DNA of 64,000 bases. Source: Lentisphaeria bacterium (GTDB lineage Bacteria; Verrucomicrobiota; Lentisphaeria; Victivallales; Victivallaceae). Each line of letters starts with the position of its first letter. Position 1 is the stretch's first letter. This document shows, in pieces, positions 10,122 to 19,884 of the stretch. The notes below the pieces were generated by a model. It searched no databases. It was not told where the DNA came from and saw only the letters and a program-made list of their open reading frames with translations. The stretch is from the NCBI GenBank assembly GCA_017504435.1, contig JAFVRD010000035.1, forward strand, positions 24,606 through 88,605, read 5' to 3'. Both the position numbers and the translations under genes were made by a program.

Positions 10122-13100
10122 ATGAAAAAAATTCTGATCACATTCTTCTGTATGACTGCATTGCTGCTGGCAGCAGATGATTTGCTCCGCAATGCGCCAT
10201 GGAGATTTGTTACTGCTTCCGGAGGAACTGGAAGTGTGGAAAAAATTGCCAATGGAACAAGGAAGGTCATTTCTGATGCCGATGAAGGTTTTGTTTCGTT
10301 TGCCCATTCCCGCAATCTACCGATCACCCCCGGGAATAAATACCGGATCACCATGACCTGTGTCCGGGAAAATGCCGACACTAACATGACCATGCTGGTA
10401 AGTATCGGTAAACGTACTCCCTGGGCAGCTGTCAAAGCCGATGGTATCGCCGGCAAACCGGAAATTCTCAGCTATGAATTTACTGCTGAGCCGGGAGAAT
10501 CCGGCATGCGTGTCCACGCTATCGTATCCGGTCACGGCAGTGTCACGATCACCAGTGTAGCCAGAAGTATATCCGCTCCGGAAGTTAAACCGGTCAAATC
10601 CGTCCCCAAAGCGGCAATAGATCCTGCCATTCACGATTTGCTGCGTGATGCCCCATGGCGTACAGTCACAGCCGATGGCGGCAAAGGCAAAACCCTCTCC
10701 CTTGCTGACGGCTCCAGAAAAATCATTTCTGAATTGAATAAGGGACTTGTCTCATTTGCCAACACCCGGAACCTGCCAATTATGCCAGGAAAAACTTATC
10801 TTGTGGAAGCAGAATTTGTCCGCAGCAGCAACGCGCCATTCTCAATGCACGTTCAAATCGAAAAACAACGCCCGTGGGTCGCAATCAAAGCTGATGGTAT
10901 CGCCGGTAAACCGGAACGCATCAGTTACCGGTTCACCGCCAATCCGGGAGAAACCTGGATGCGTATCCACGCTATCGTATTCAACAAAAATACCGTTACG
11001 ATCCAAAAAATCACCTACCGTGAAACATCCGCAACTGACCCGGATGAAAACTGGCTGATTACCCGTCCGTGGCGCACTGTCACTGCCGATGGCGGCAGCG
11101 GCACAAGTATCAAACAAAGCGATGGAAAATGGCTCGTTACCAGTAACCTTGCTCAAGGAATAGTCTCTTTTGCCAATGCAGCAGATCAACAAATCATTCC
11201 CGGCAAAAATTACCGGGTAACAGCCAAAATCATTCGCAACAGCAGCGATGTTTCCGTCACTATGCTCAATCAAATCGCCAAACGGAGACCCTGGGCAGCA
11301 ATCAAAGCCGACGGTTTGACCGGGCAGGAAGATACACTTACTTATGATTTCACTGCCGGAGAAAATGAAAAAACTTACCGGCTGCATTTCATCGTTTCCG
11401 GTAAAGGCTCCGTGCAGATAAATTCTGTAAATGTCAAAGAGTTGTCCCATGCAGAACTCCAAGCTGCCCAAAATGCCCGCAAAGTTACCGGAACCGATTT
11501 CCGCGGCTCAGCATTGCGCCGATTCTGGAAACCGGTCAATATGCGCTCCCGTATTCCCGGAAAAATTCAGGCTTTCACTTGTACTCCTTACGGGGGATTG
11601 GAGTGCAATGATCTGGATTGGCAGGCGGACAAAATAAAGTCCATTGACATTCGTATGGCGGCGAATGAACCGGGATTCCTCCGCCTGGAGTTTACCACCG
11701 CCGCCGGACAAAACTCGTATCTGTCATGCGCCGCATACCCGTATGAAATGCGTGATTATTCATTTGACGTGGCATCCAATCCGGCATGGCAGGGAAAAAT
11801 CACCAATCTCCGTATCATCTGGCGCGCCTATGAACGCAACTGTACTTTGGATTTTGAACGTATTTCCGCAAACAACAGGAACAATATCATCCCATTTGCC
11901 GCAGATAACAAATCCCGGCAAATCACCACCATAGACCTGCTTCCCCGTGCCGAATGTTCCTTGTCATGGCAAAACGGCAGCAACCCCGGAATGACACTGA
12001 CTTTTTTGGACCGCAGCAACCGTAAACTTGATCAATTTGTCCTCCCCGCAGAAAAAAAACAAGGTGTTTTTTTCGTACCGGAAATGTGTACCCGGGCAAT
12101 ACTTGACATTGACCGCAATGCAAAAACTTCCGGATTTCCCTGTATAGAAGAACTGAATTTGAGCAAACCGGATAAAAAAGCGTTTGACTGGCGCGGCAAA
12201 TGGATATGGAGCAACACCGAATTCGGACCAGCCAATGCCAATGTCTGGTTCAAAAAAGAATTCACCTTGGACGGAGAGGTAAAAGAAGGAGCTGTCATCT
12301 TTACCGCGGATGATATGTTCACAGCCTACATCAACGGACAGGAGGTCTGCTCAGGAGATTCATGGCGCACGCCGGTACGGGCTGATGCCGCAAAATTTCT
12401 CAAACCCGGTCTCAATACCATCATCATTAAAACCCACAACGTTTCTGCATGGGGCGGCATGATCGGTGAAGTTTATGCCCAAGCCGGCGGAAAAGTATAC
12501 TTTTTCCCCACCGATGATTCGTGGGTCTACAAAGTCGGCGGAGACAATCCTCCTGAAAAATACACTGCCAATGCACTGGTTTTGGGCGCACCGCCAACTT
12601 CGCCGTGGGGAGATCTGGTCTATTCTTACATAGGCCCCAAAGGCAATGTAGAAATCAAATCTGCCGGAGAACTCTCAGCTGTGATCAAACCCGCAACAGT
12701 AATACCGGTAAAAACCGATTCTCTCACATTCAAACTGAATTATCCCGACGGTACTTCACGCCAGGTCTCCGGCAAAGTGTCTCCCGGTACTGAACAATGG
12801 CTGCCCGGAAAAGAATTACCCATCAAAATCGCTCTGCCGGAAACTGCCGTTGCCGGAGTAACTGCAGAATTTGATTCTCTGTTTATCAACGCTTCCGGTA
12901 AACTCTGCACACTTCCGGCTGCGGACATCAGAAAACTGGAAATCCCCACGGCAAAAATCATCGGTACCGGCTCACGGGCTTACATCACCATCAACGGAGA
13001 AAAATATCCGCCTATATACTATGACGGTTATCATAAACCGGCTAACTCATGGATGCTGGACAAGGCTAAAAAAAGCGGATGCAGAATCGTCCGTATAACC

Positions 13101-15023
13101 TGCTCAATGCACCAGATGTGGAAAAGCGAAGAAAACTTTGACTTCTCCATACTTGACCGGTTTATGGATGAATTCGCCGTCAATGCTCCTGAAATCAAGG
13201 TGATCTTGCAGATCGAACTGACCATGCCCGACTGGTGGTTGGAAAAATATCCCGATGATACCGTTACTTATCATAACGGCATTCCCCGTTCCAAAGCTCA
13301 TGACCGGCAAGCCCTCGCCTCTGCCCGCTGGCGGCAGGATGGAGCGCACTCTTTGCGCAAAATGATCCGGCATATCAAAAGTTCTCCCTACGCAGACCGG
13401 ATCTTTGCCATCGGCCCTGCCGAAGGCTGGAACTGCGAATGGTTCTGGAGCGTACATCGCGGTGCGACCAGCGGTTACAGCAAGTCCGATTATGCAACAT
13501 TCCGCACATATCTCAAAGAAGCTTACGGTGATGATGCCGCATTTGCCCAAGCATGGAACATTCCCGGTCTGACATTTGAAAACTTCAAAATGCCCCTGCC
13601 TGCGGAAATTGACCGTGCCGGCTGCGGTGAATTGCTCGATCCGGTCAAAGACCGCCGGATCATGGATTATTTCCGTTTCCGCAACCGGGCACTCGGCGAT
13701 GCGATCGAAACATTCGGCAAAGTCATCAAAGAAGAATCAGATAACCGTTATCTGGTGGGAGTTTACTACGGTTATTTTGTCATGTTCAGTCACGTCAACC
13801 GCAAACTTCAAACTGTAGGTCATCTGGAAATCGAAAGACTCGCCCGTTCCCCGTACGTGGACATTTTCTGGGCGCCATCCATATACCACTGGCGTCAGAT
13901 CGGCATGTCTGACGGAGTTATGCAAGCCGCTGAAACACTCACGTCTCACGGTAAACTTGTTGTCGTGGAACAGGATATCCGGACATTCTCCGAACCCAGT
14001 CACATGCAAGCCGGCAACGGCAGAACCGACAATCCGCATCAAACGATCAATGCCATGATCCGGGCATTGGGCATGCTTGCCACCCGCGGCATCGGAACCC
14101 ATTGGTATGATATGCACGAAATCTGGTTCCGGGAAAACGTCCTGCTGGAAATCATCAAGAATATCAATGAAACCTATATGGCTCTGCCGCAGGTAAAGGA
14201 CACCACCCCGATCGAAGTATGTATTGTCAGCGATCAGGAAAATGCTTATTACACCCGGCATAATTTTGCCCGTAATATCCATAAAGGCACGGTTTATGAA
14301 TTCCTGCGTACATTCAATCGTACCGGAGTGCCTTTCCGTCATGTGTTTGTCAAAGATCTTTTGGAAAAAGACCGGATCCCGGCACATAAATTCTACATTT
14401 TGACCAATTTGGTCATGATGACTCCGGAAAAATACCGGCAGCTGGAACAACGCTTCGCCGCTGAAAACGCCACCGTACTTCACCTTTATGCCACCGGAGC
14501 CAGCCGCCATGATGCACCACCGTCAGCAGCTAATATGGAAGAGTTGCTGGGAATGAAATTCCGCATGGATATGACTCCCCGGCTCCCGGATTTCACTCCA
14601 ATTGCTAACGTGAATATGCCTGCATTTGCCAATGCGATTTATTCGCAGCCGTGGTTCTATCCGGTTTCCGGTTTTGACAAGGTCCTCGGTACCGACCGTG
14701 CCGGCACTCCGGTACTGGTAAAGAAAAAAATCAATGGTATAAATCACATTTTCTCCACCCTGACCACGCCTCATGTTGATGTGTTACGGGAACTTTTCCG
14801 CAATGCAGGAATACATATCTATTCACCGGACAGCCGGAATAATCTGCACATCGGTAATGATCTGCTGTTTATTACCGCAACCCACACCGGCAACACCAGC
14901 GTAAATCTGCCTTCCAACCGGAAATTACGCGGCATTATCGGAGAACATAATGGAAAAATTTTTGAATCCGGTGCCGATATTCCGGTCGTAAACGGAGACT
15001 GTTACGGATTTATTGTCGAATGA
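10122..15023 (+). CDS. Giant secreted multidomain glycosidase: signal peptide, 3 CBM-like repeats, galactose-binding-like domain, GH42-like (clan GH-A) catalytic region
   Basis: Signal peptide MKKILITFFCMTALLLAADD. Three ~130-aa repeats. Jelly-roll motif (NVWFKKEFTL..FTAYINGQEV). GH42-like motif MWKSEENFDFSILDRFMDEF...MPDWWLEKYPDD. Confidence 0.6.
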   Translation: MKKILITFFCMTALLLAADDLLRNAPWRFVTASGGTGSVEKIANGTRKVISDADEGFVSFAHSRNLPITPGNKYRITMTCVRENADTNMTMLVSIGKRTPWAAVKADGIAGKPEILSYEFTAEPGESGMRVHAIVSGHGSVTITSVARSISAPEVKPVKSVPKAAIDPAIHDLLRDAPWRTVTADGGKGKTLSLADGSRKIISELNKGLVSFANTRNLPIMPGKTYLVEAEFVRSSNAPFSMHVQIEKQRPWVAIKADGIAGKPERISYRFTANPGETWMRIHAIVFNKNTVTIQKITYRETSATDPDENWLITRPWRTVTADGGSGTSIKQSDGKWLVTSNLAQGIVSFANAADQQIIPGKNYRVTAKIIRNSSDVSVTMLNQIAKRRPWAAIKADGLTGQEDTLTYDFTAGENEKTYRLHFIVSGKGSVQINSVNVKELSHAELQAAQNARKVTGTDFRGSALRRFWKPVNMRSRIPGKIQAFTCTPYGGLECNDLDWQADKIKSIDIRMAANEPGFLRLEFTTAAGQNSYLSCAAYPYEMRDYSFDVASNPAWQGKITNLRIIWRAYERNCTLDFERISANNRNNIIPFAADNKSRQITTIDLLPRAECSLSWQNGSNPGMTLTFLDRSNRKLDQFVLPAEKKQGVFFVPEMCTRAILDIDRNAKTSGFPCIEELNLSKPDKKAFDWRGKWIWSNTEFGPANANVWFKKEFTLDGEVKEGAVIFTADDMFTAYINGQEVCSGDSWRTPVRADAAKFLKPGLNTIIIKTHNVSAWGGMIGEVYAQAGGKVYFFPTDDSWVYKVGGDNPPEKYTANALVLGAPPTSPWGDLVYSYIGPKGNVEIKSAGELSAVIKPATVIPVKTDSLTFKLNYPDGTSRQVSGKVSPGTEQWLPGKELPIKIALPETAVAGVTAEFDSLFINASGKLCTLPAADIRKLEIPTAKIIGTGSRAYITINGEKYPPIYYDGYHKPANSWMLDKAKKSGCRIVRITCSMHQMWKSEENFDFSILDRFMDEFAVNAPEIKVILQIELTMPDWWLEKYPDDTVTYHNGIPRSKAHDRQALASARWRQDGAHSLRKMIRHIKSSPYADRIFAIGPAEGWNCEWFWSVHRGATSGYSKSDYATFRTYLKEAYGDDAAFAQAWNIPGLTFENFKMPLPAEIDRAGCGELLDPVKDRRIMDYFRFRNRALGDAIETFGKVIKEESDNRYLVGVYYGYFVMFSHVNRKLQTVGHLEIERLARSPYVDIFWAPSIYHWRQIGMSDGVMQAAETLTSHGKLVVVEQDIRTFSEPSHMQAGNGRTDNPHQTINAMIRALGMLATRGIGTHWYDMHEIWFRENVLLEIIKNINETYMALPQVKDTTPIEVCIVSDQENAYYTRHNFARNIHKGTVYEFLRTFNRTGVPFRHVFVKDLLEKDRIPAHKFYILTNLVMMTPEKYRQLEQRFAAENATVLHLYATGASRHDAPPSAANMEELLGMKFRMDMTPRLPDFTPIANVNMPAFANAIYSQPWFYPVSGFDKVLGTDRAGTPVLVKKKINGINHIFSTLTTPHVDVLRELFRNAGIHIYSPDSRNNLHIGNDLLFITATHTGNTSVNLPSNRKLRGIIGEHNGKIFESGADIPVVNGDCYGFIVE
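10179..11435 (+). repeat. Three tandem, diverged protein-level repeats (aa 20-146, 172-297, 311-438) inside the 1633-aa CDS
   Basis: Shared pattern: DLLR(N/D)APWR.VTA.GG.G...DG.RK.IS....G.VSFA..RNLPI.PGK.Y......R........M...I.K.RPW.AIKADGI.GKPE..SY.FTA.PGE...R.HAIV. Confidence 0.7.
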
Positions 15024-15069
15024 TTCCTCTCATGGATTTCATCGAAATTGAAACATCAATAATCTCTGC

Positions 15070-15099
15070 CTCCGGAACTGGACAAATCCGGTTCCGGAG
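15070..15099 (+). terminator. Hairpin downstream of the giant glycosidase gene (weak U-tract)
   Basis: CTCCGGAACTGGA-CAAA-TCCGGTTCCGGAG, a 13-bp stem with one G-U pair. It is followed by TGTATCTTATA, so intrinsic termination is uncertain. Confidence 0.35.
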
Positions 15100-15114
15100 T
15101 GTATCTTATACATC

Positions 15115-16002
15115 ATGAAAAAGAAATGTTACATCACTGCATCTGTCCACGGAATGTGCGGCGGAGTTTTTTCGGCATTGCGTATTCTGGATGAAGCCAC
15201 TGCCGGCAATCAGGAAGTATATGTTTTCCGGGAATTGGTACACAACCGGGCAGTAACCGCCAAATTGACGGCGGCAGGGGTGCATTGTGTGAATGATATT
15301 GATCATATCCCCGCCGGTTCCGCAATAGTCATCGGTGCCCACGGTGTTTCTGCCGGAATCGAGGCTGTTTTGCGTGCCAAAGCATCATCATGCCGGGATG
15401 CGACCTGTCCTCTCGTGAAAAAACTGCACCATATCGCCGCATCACTTTCTCCGGATGAGCAACTGGTCATCTGCGGAAAATCCGGTCATCCGGAAGTGGC
15501 AGGTATCGCAGGAAATTCCGGTACTGAAGCAGTGTTCATCGTGCCGTCCGTCAATGAAGTAAAAGCTCTGCCTGAACTGACTGCTCCGGTATTCATATCC
15601 CAAACGACAGTGGATCATCAGGAAGTTACAACAGTACTGAATGCATTGAAAAAGCGTTTTCCGCACATAAAAGAGTGTTCAAGCGTTTGTGATGCCTCCC
15701 GGAAACGGCAGAATGCGGTTATACAACTGGCTTCAAAATGTGATGTGATATTGGTTATCGGTTCACCTCACAGCTCCAATGCCCAGAGATTACGGGAAAT
15801 CGCCGGACAACATGGAGCAAAAGCATTTCTTATCGACAATGCCGATGAGATACCAGATGCAGCAGTAAATACAGCCGATGTGATCGGGATCACCAGCGGA
15901 GCCAGCACCCCGGAATACCTTTTTGACGCAGTTGTTGAGGTATTGGAATCAATGGGATTTACTTGCGGCGATGACGCAGTGTCCGGCAATCTGGACACAT
16001 AA
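15115..16002 (+). CDS. ispH: 4-hydroxy-3-methylbut-2-enyl diphosphate reductase
   Basis: IspH/LytB motifs: GMCGGV, ATCPLVKKLH, ISQTT and VIGSPHSSNAQRL. Confidence 0.9.
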   Translation: MKKKCYITASVHGMCGGVFSALRILDEATAGNQEVYVFRELVHNRAVTAKLTAAGVHCVNDIDHIPAGSAIVIGAHGVSAGIEAVLRAKASSCRDATCPLVKKLHHIAASLSPDEQLVICGKSGHPEVAGIAGNSGTEAVFIVPSVNEVKALPELTAPVFISQTTVDHQEVTTVLNALKKRFPHIKECSSVCDASRKRQNAVIQLASKCDVILVIGSPHSSNAQRLREIAGQHGAKAFLIDNADEIPDAAVNTADVIGITSGASTPEYLFDAVVEVLESMGFTCGDDAVSGNLDT

Positions 16003-16687
16003 AACCGTCCAGATCCCAAATCCCGGCAAACTTTTCCGTCTGACGGAAATCAACAGCGTCCCCGACTTCAAGGTCTATTTTACGCGGATCATTATCAGCA
16101 GTCAGCACCCCCGGCCCCCGGAGAATTTCCACAGAAATGAGTGATTTTTCGGGTAAGACCAGATGGTCGACAACCTCGGTGGAATTACAAAATGCCAAAC
16201 CGACCCCGACCCGGAATATGCCTCTGGTAATGCTCCGGTAATACGCGGTACTGCCATGTACTCCGGAAAAACATACCCCATCTCCGACAATCTCGCGTGC
16301 ATAAAGTTCACCATCAATGCGAACCCGGTAACGCAATGCACTTACATATTCACGGGAGTGGATGACCAAATCATTGATACCCAGTATCGTTTCCCCCCGG
16401 CAAACCGCTTCCAGCACCGGGATCCGTTGCAGAACCATGCTGCCATTCAAAAATTTTTCAATAACTTTCCTGGCCGGATGAGCCGGACAGGTCGGTGCGG
16501 TGGCAGTATCACGCAACGGCAGTTTGGGAATATCCGGATAGTCACGCTGCGCTCCAAGCAATGATCCATCGCCGCCATAGGTCACTATCAACTCAACGTT
16601 TTCACTGCCGGAGCACTCACTCAGACCATATTCAGAAAGCACCGGTCGGATATCATCCAGATTTTTACCAACTAATTTGATTTTCAT
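15959..16687 (-). CDS. nadK: NAD+ kinase
   Basis: GGDGSLL motif, NDLVI, DGVCFSGVHGSTAYYRS. The 3' end overlaps the ispH 3' end by 44 nt (convergent). Confidence 0.85.
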   Translation of the reverse strand: MKIKLVGKNLDDIRPVLSEYGLSECSGSENVELIVTYGGDGSLLGAQRDYPDIPKLPLRDTATAPTCPAHPARKVIEKFLNGSMVLQRIPVLEAVCRGETILGINDLVIHSREYVSALRYRVRIDGELYAREIVGDGVCFSGVHGSTAYYRSITRGIFRVGVGLAFCNSTEVVDHLVLPEKSLISVEILRGPGVLTADNDPRKIDLEVGDAVDFRQTEKFAGIWDLDGFMCPDCRTLRHRRK

Positions 16688-17175
16688 GATTTATTCCCGA
16701 TCCTGCCCCGACGCCTGGCATCAAGGGCATAAAGTATAGCCGCTGCTGCATTTCCAACGTTTATAGAGGCTTTACAGCCATTCATCGGCAGAGAAACCAC
16801 CCCGTCTGCCGCTTCCAGTGTTTCTTCGGCAATTCCCAAAGCTTCGTTGCCGAATACGACTGCAAGCGGGTAAACCGTATCAATTTCCCATGCTTCCCTA
16901 CCGCCAGGTTCCGCCGCCAGAACAGTATATCCGGCGGCATGCAACACCTGCACCGCCTCCAGAGAGGTTTCAAAATGTACACACGGTACAGTTTTGTCCG
17001 TTCCCATCGCCGTTTTTTCCAATTTCGGATGCGGAGGACACGGAGTATAACCGCAAGCGACGATACCGGCTCCAAGTGCTTCTGCTATCCGGAAAATATT
17101 TCCGGTATTATGTGCGCTGCGCAACCGGTCAAGCACCAACACCAGCGGCGGCAATTGTTCAATTACAGTATCCAT
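16684..17175 (-). CDS. SpoU/TrmH-family RNA 2'-O-methyltransferase
   Basis: SPOUT motifs: RSAHNTGNIFRIAEALGA, VVFGNEALGI and LPMNGCKASINVGNAAAILY. Its stop overlaps the nadK start. Confidence 0.8.
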   Translation of the reverse strand: MDTVIEQLPPLVLVLDRLRSAHNTGNIFRIAEALGAGIVACGYTPCPPHPKLEKTAMGTDKTVPCVHFETSLEAVQVLHAAGYTVLAAEPGGREAWEIDTVYPLAVVFGNEALGIAEETLEAADGVVSLPMNGCKASINVGNAAAAILYALDARRRGRIGNKS

Positions 17176-17220
17176 ACCGTATAAAATATCATTTCATTGC
17201 ATTTTTTACAAGTTTTTCTC

Positions 17221-17249
17221 TTGCCGAAAAGCCAAATTGATATTATATT
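17221..17249 (+). promoter_or_regulatory. Candidate sigma70-type promoter for lpxA
   Basis: TTGCCG-17 nt-TATATT, located 45 nt upstream of the lpxA ATG. Confidence 0.3.
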
Positions 17250-17293
17250 ATTAATTAAACGCAGAACCATACACTTATCAAGGAGTTTTTCTT

Positions 17294-18094
17294 ATGGCTA
17301 AAATCCATCCAAGTGCAGTTGTCGAAGACGGTGCAATTATCGGTGACGGAGTGGAAATCGGTCCGCTTTGTTTTGTCGGCAAAAATGTCAAAATCGGTGA
17401 CGGATGCCGTCTGATAGCCCAATGCAGTGTCGACGGTTACACCACTTTGGGTAAAAACAACGTATTGCACCCGTTTGCCGCCCTCGGACAACCGGCTCAG
17501 GATCACTCCGTTATTCCCGGCGAAGCAACTTACCTCAATGTCGGTGATAACAATATTTTCCGTGAAGGTACTGCCATTCACACCGGCACCCTCCCCGGTT
17601 CTGCCACCACCATCGGCAACAACAACATGTTTATGAACGGCAGCCATGTCGCTCACAATTGCAAAGTTGGCAACAATGTTCATTACATCAGTCTTGCGGT
17701 CACCGGCGGTTATGCAGAGGTTCATGATAATGCCATTCTCTCCGGTCTGGTTGCAATCCATCAATTCTGTCGCGTCGGCAGATTTGCTATCATTTCCGGC
17801 TGCTCGGCATTCTCACAGGATGTGCCGCCATTTATGATGGCTGAAGGACGCAACGGCGGTGTCAAAATGATCAATTTGGTTGGCTTGAAACGCGCCGGAT
17901 TCACTGCGGAACAAATTTCTGTGATCAAAAATATTTTCCGGATCTACTACCGCAGCGGTCTGATCCCGTCTGTTGCTCTGGAAAAAATCCGCACTGAATT
18001 GCCGCAGACTCCGGAAGTCCTGGAATTTCTGGAATTTTGCGCCAACAGCAAAAAAGGTGTCGTGCCCCCCAATCACGGCGGACGCCGCAACTGA
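17294..18094 (+). CDS. lpxA: Acyl-ACP--UDP-N-acetylglucosamine O-acyltransferase
   Basis: SD AAGGAG. N-terminal MAKIHPSAVVEDGAIIGDGVEIGP hexapeptide repeats plus the LpxA C-terminal helical domain. Confidence 0.9.
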   Translation: MAKIHPSAVVEDGAIIGDGVEIGPLCFVGKNVKIGDGCRLIAQCSVDGYTTLGKNNVLHPFAALGQPAQDHSVIPGEATYLNVGDNNIFREGTAIHTGTLPGSATTIGNNNMFMNGSHVAHNCKVGNNVHYISLAVTGGYAEVHDNAILSGLVAIHQFCRVGRFAIISGCSAFSQDVPPFMMAEGRNGGVKMINLVGLKRAGFTAEQISVIKNIFRIYYRSGLIPSVALEKIRTELPQTPEVLEFLEFCANSKKGVVPPNHGGRRN

Positions 18095-18125
18095 TTCCCC
18101 CCGATCATAAAAAAGGAAATATACC

Positions 18126-19781
18126 ATGCTTAAACCTTTGGAAATCAACAGCAAATTCACTCCCCGCCGCGGGCCGGTAGTTTTGGCGATCCTCGACGGA
18201 GTCGGATTCGGAAAATATGCTGACGGCGATGCCGTCAAACTTGCCAACACCCCGATTTTGGATGAACTTATGGCAAGCTGCCCCTGTACCAAACTCAAAG
18301 CCCACGGCACTGCTGTCGGAATGCCCTCTGATGCGGACATGGGCAACAGTGAGGTCGGTCATAACGCCATCGGCTCCGGCCGGGTCTTCTCTCAGGGAGC
18401 AAAACTGGTCGGCAAAGCGGTTTCTTCCGGAAAACTTTTTGAAGGTGAAGTCTGGAAAAAAATCATTGCCAATGTCATTGACAACAACAGTGCATTGCAT
18501 CTGATCGGTCTGGTCTCTGACGGCAACGTTCACAGCCATATCGACCATCTTTATGCAATGATTGATGCTGCGTTTGCCGCCGGAGTGAAAACTCTGCGTG
18601 TCCATGCGCTGCTGGACGGCAGGGATGTACCGGAAACCAGTGCACTTGAGTACATCCGCCCTCTGGAAGCAAAACTGGCAGAACTCAGTTCCAAAGGAGT
18701 TGATTATCTCATTGCTTCCGGCGGCGGTCGCATGGTCATTACCATGGATCGTTACGGAGCGAACTGGGATATGGTTCGCAAGGGCTGGGAAACCCATGTG
18801 CAAGGCAAAGGCGAATTTTTTGCATCTGCAGTTGAAGCGATTGAAACTCTCCGCCAGCGTACCGGGGCAATTGACCAGGATTTGGGAGCATTCGTCATTT
18901 CCAAAGACGGCAAAACTCCTGCCGGGGCAATGCACGACGGCGATTCAGTAGTGCTTTTCAACTTCCGCGGCGACCGGGCATTGGAAATCACGGCAGCTTT
19001 TGAAGAAGGAGCTTCTTTTGATAAATTTGACCGGGGCAATGTGCCGGATGTCATGTTTGCCGGAATGATGGAATACGACGGGGATCTTCATGCTCCGGCA
19101 AATTATCTGGTGAATCCTCCGGAAATCGACAGTACCATGGATGAATTTCTCTGCGCAACCAAAGTCAAACAACTGGCAATCAGCGAAACCCAGAAATACG
19201 GTCATGTCACCTACTTTTTCAACGGCAACCGTTCCGGTAAATTCGATGAAAACTATGACGACTATATGGAAATCCCTTCCGATGTCGTTCCATTTGAACA
19301 GCGTCCATGGATGAAATGTGCTGAAATCACCGATGCCGTTGTCGCCGCGATTGCCGACAACAAATACCGGATGATCCGTCTCAATTTCCCCAACGGGGAT
19401 ATGGTCGGTCATACCGGCAGTATGGAAGCGGTTCTGGTTTCAATGGGTGCGTTGGATATCTGTCTCGGCAGGATCCGGGATGCAGTCAAAGCTGCCGGCG
19501 GAGTGTTGGTCATTTCAGCTGACCACGGCAATGCCGATGACATGCTCGAACATGACAAACAAGGCAATGCCAAACGGGATAAAGCCGGTAATCTTGCCCG
19601 CAAGACCAGCCATTCCCTCAATCCGGTACCGTGCATCATCTACGATCCGGAATCAAAAGGCGAATATGCGCCTGAACTCCGGGAAGGATTGGGCATCAGT
19701 TCACTTGGTGCGACCTGCATCGAGCTGCTCGGATATAAAGCTCCGGAGATTTACGATCCCAGCGTTTTACAATTCAAATAA
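18126..19781 (+). CDS. gpmI: 2,3-bisphosphoglycerate-independent phosphoglycerate mutase (long, ~550-aa type)
   Basis: iPGM motifs: VLAILDGVG, GNSEVGHNAIG, GLVSDGNVHSH, ETQKYGHVTYFFNG, NGDMVGHTG and SADHGNAD. Confidence 0.9.
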   Translation: MLKPLEINSKFTPRRGPVVLAILDGVGFGKYADGDAVKLANTPILDELMASCPCTKLKAHGTAVGMPSDADMGNSEVGHNAIGSGRVFSQGAKLVGKAVSSGKLFEGEVWKKIIANVIDNNSALHLIGLVSDGNVHSHIDHLYAMIDAAFAAGVKTLRVHALLDGRDVPETSALEYIRPLEAKLAELSSKGVDYLIASGGGRMVITMDRYGANWDMVRKGWETHVQGKGEFFASAVEAIETLRQRTGAIDQDLGAFVISKDGKTPAGAMHDGDSVVLFNFRGDRALEITAAFEEGASFDKFDRGNVPDVMFAGMMEYDGDLHAPANYLVNPPEIDSTMDEFLCATKVKQLAISETQKYGHVTYFFNGNRSGKFDENYDDYMEIPSDVVPFEQRPWMKCAEITDAVVAAIADNKYRMIRLNFPNGDMVGHTGSMEAVLVSMGALDICLGRIRDAVKAAGGVLVISADHGNADDMLEHDKQGNAKRDKAGNLARKTSHSLNPVPCIIYDPESKGEYAPELREGLGISSLGATCIELLGYKAPEIYDPSVLQFK

Positions 19782-19848
19782 TTCTGAAATCAGTAAAACA
19801 GCTCCGTGGGGAAAGACTCCCGCCACATTCACCCAATTTCCGCAATTT

Positions 19849-19884
19849 TCACCTGAAAACAACAGTTTTCAGGTGACTTTTTTT
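19849..19884 (+). terminator. Rho-independent terminator of gpmI
   Basis: TCACCTGAAAAC-AACA-GTTTTCAGGTGA, a perfect 12-bp stem followed by CTTTTTTT. The stem and T-tract also encode the last codons (KKVT*) of the minus-strand 1681-aa ORF. Confidence 0.7.

Noticed and set aside
15959-16002. 44-nt convergent 3' overlap of ispH and nadK as a possible antisense regulatory feature
   Set aside because: Short convergent overlaps are common in compact genomes. Nothing else, such as structure or conservation, could be evaluated here, so it is recorded only as an annotation note.
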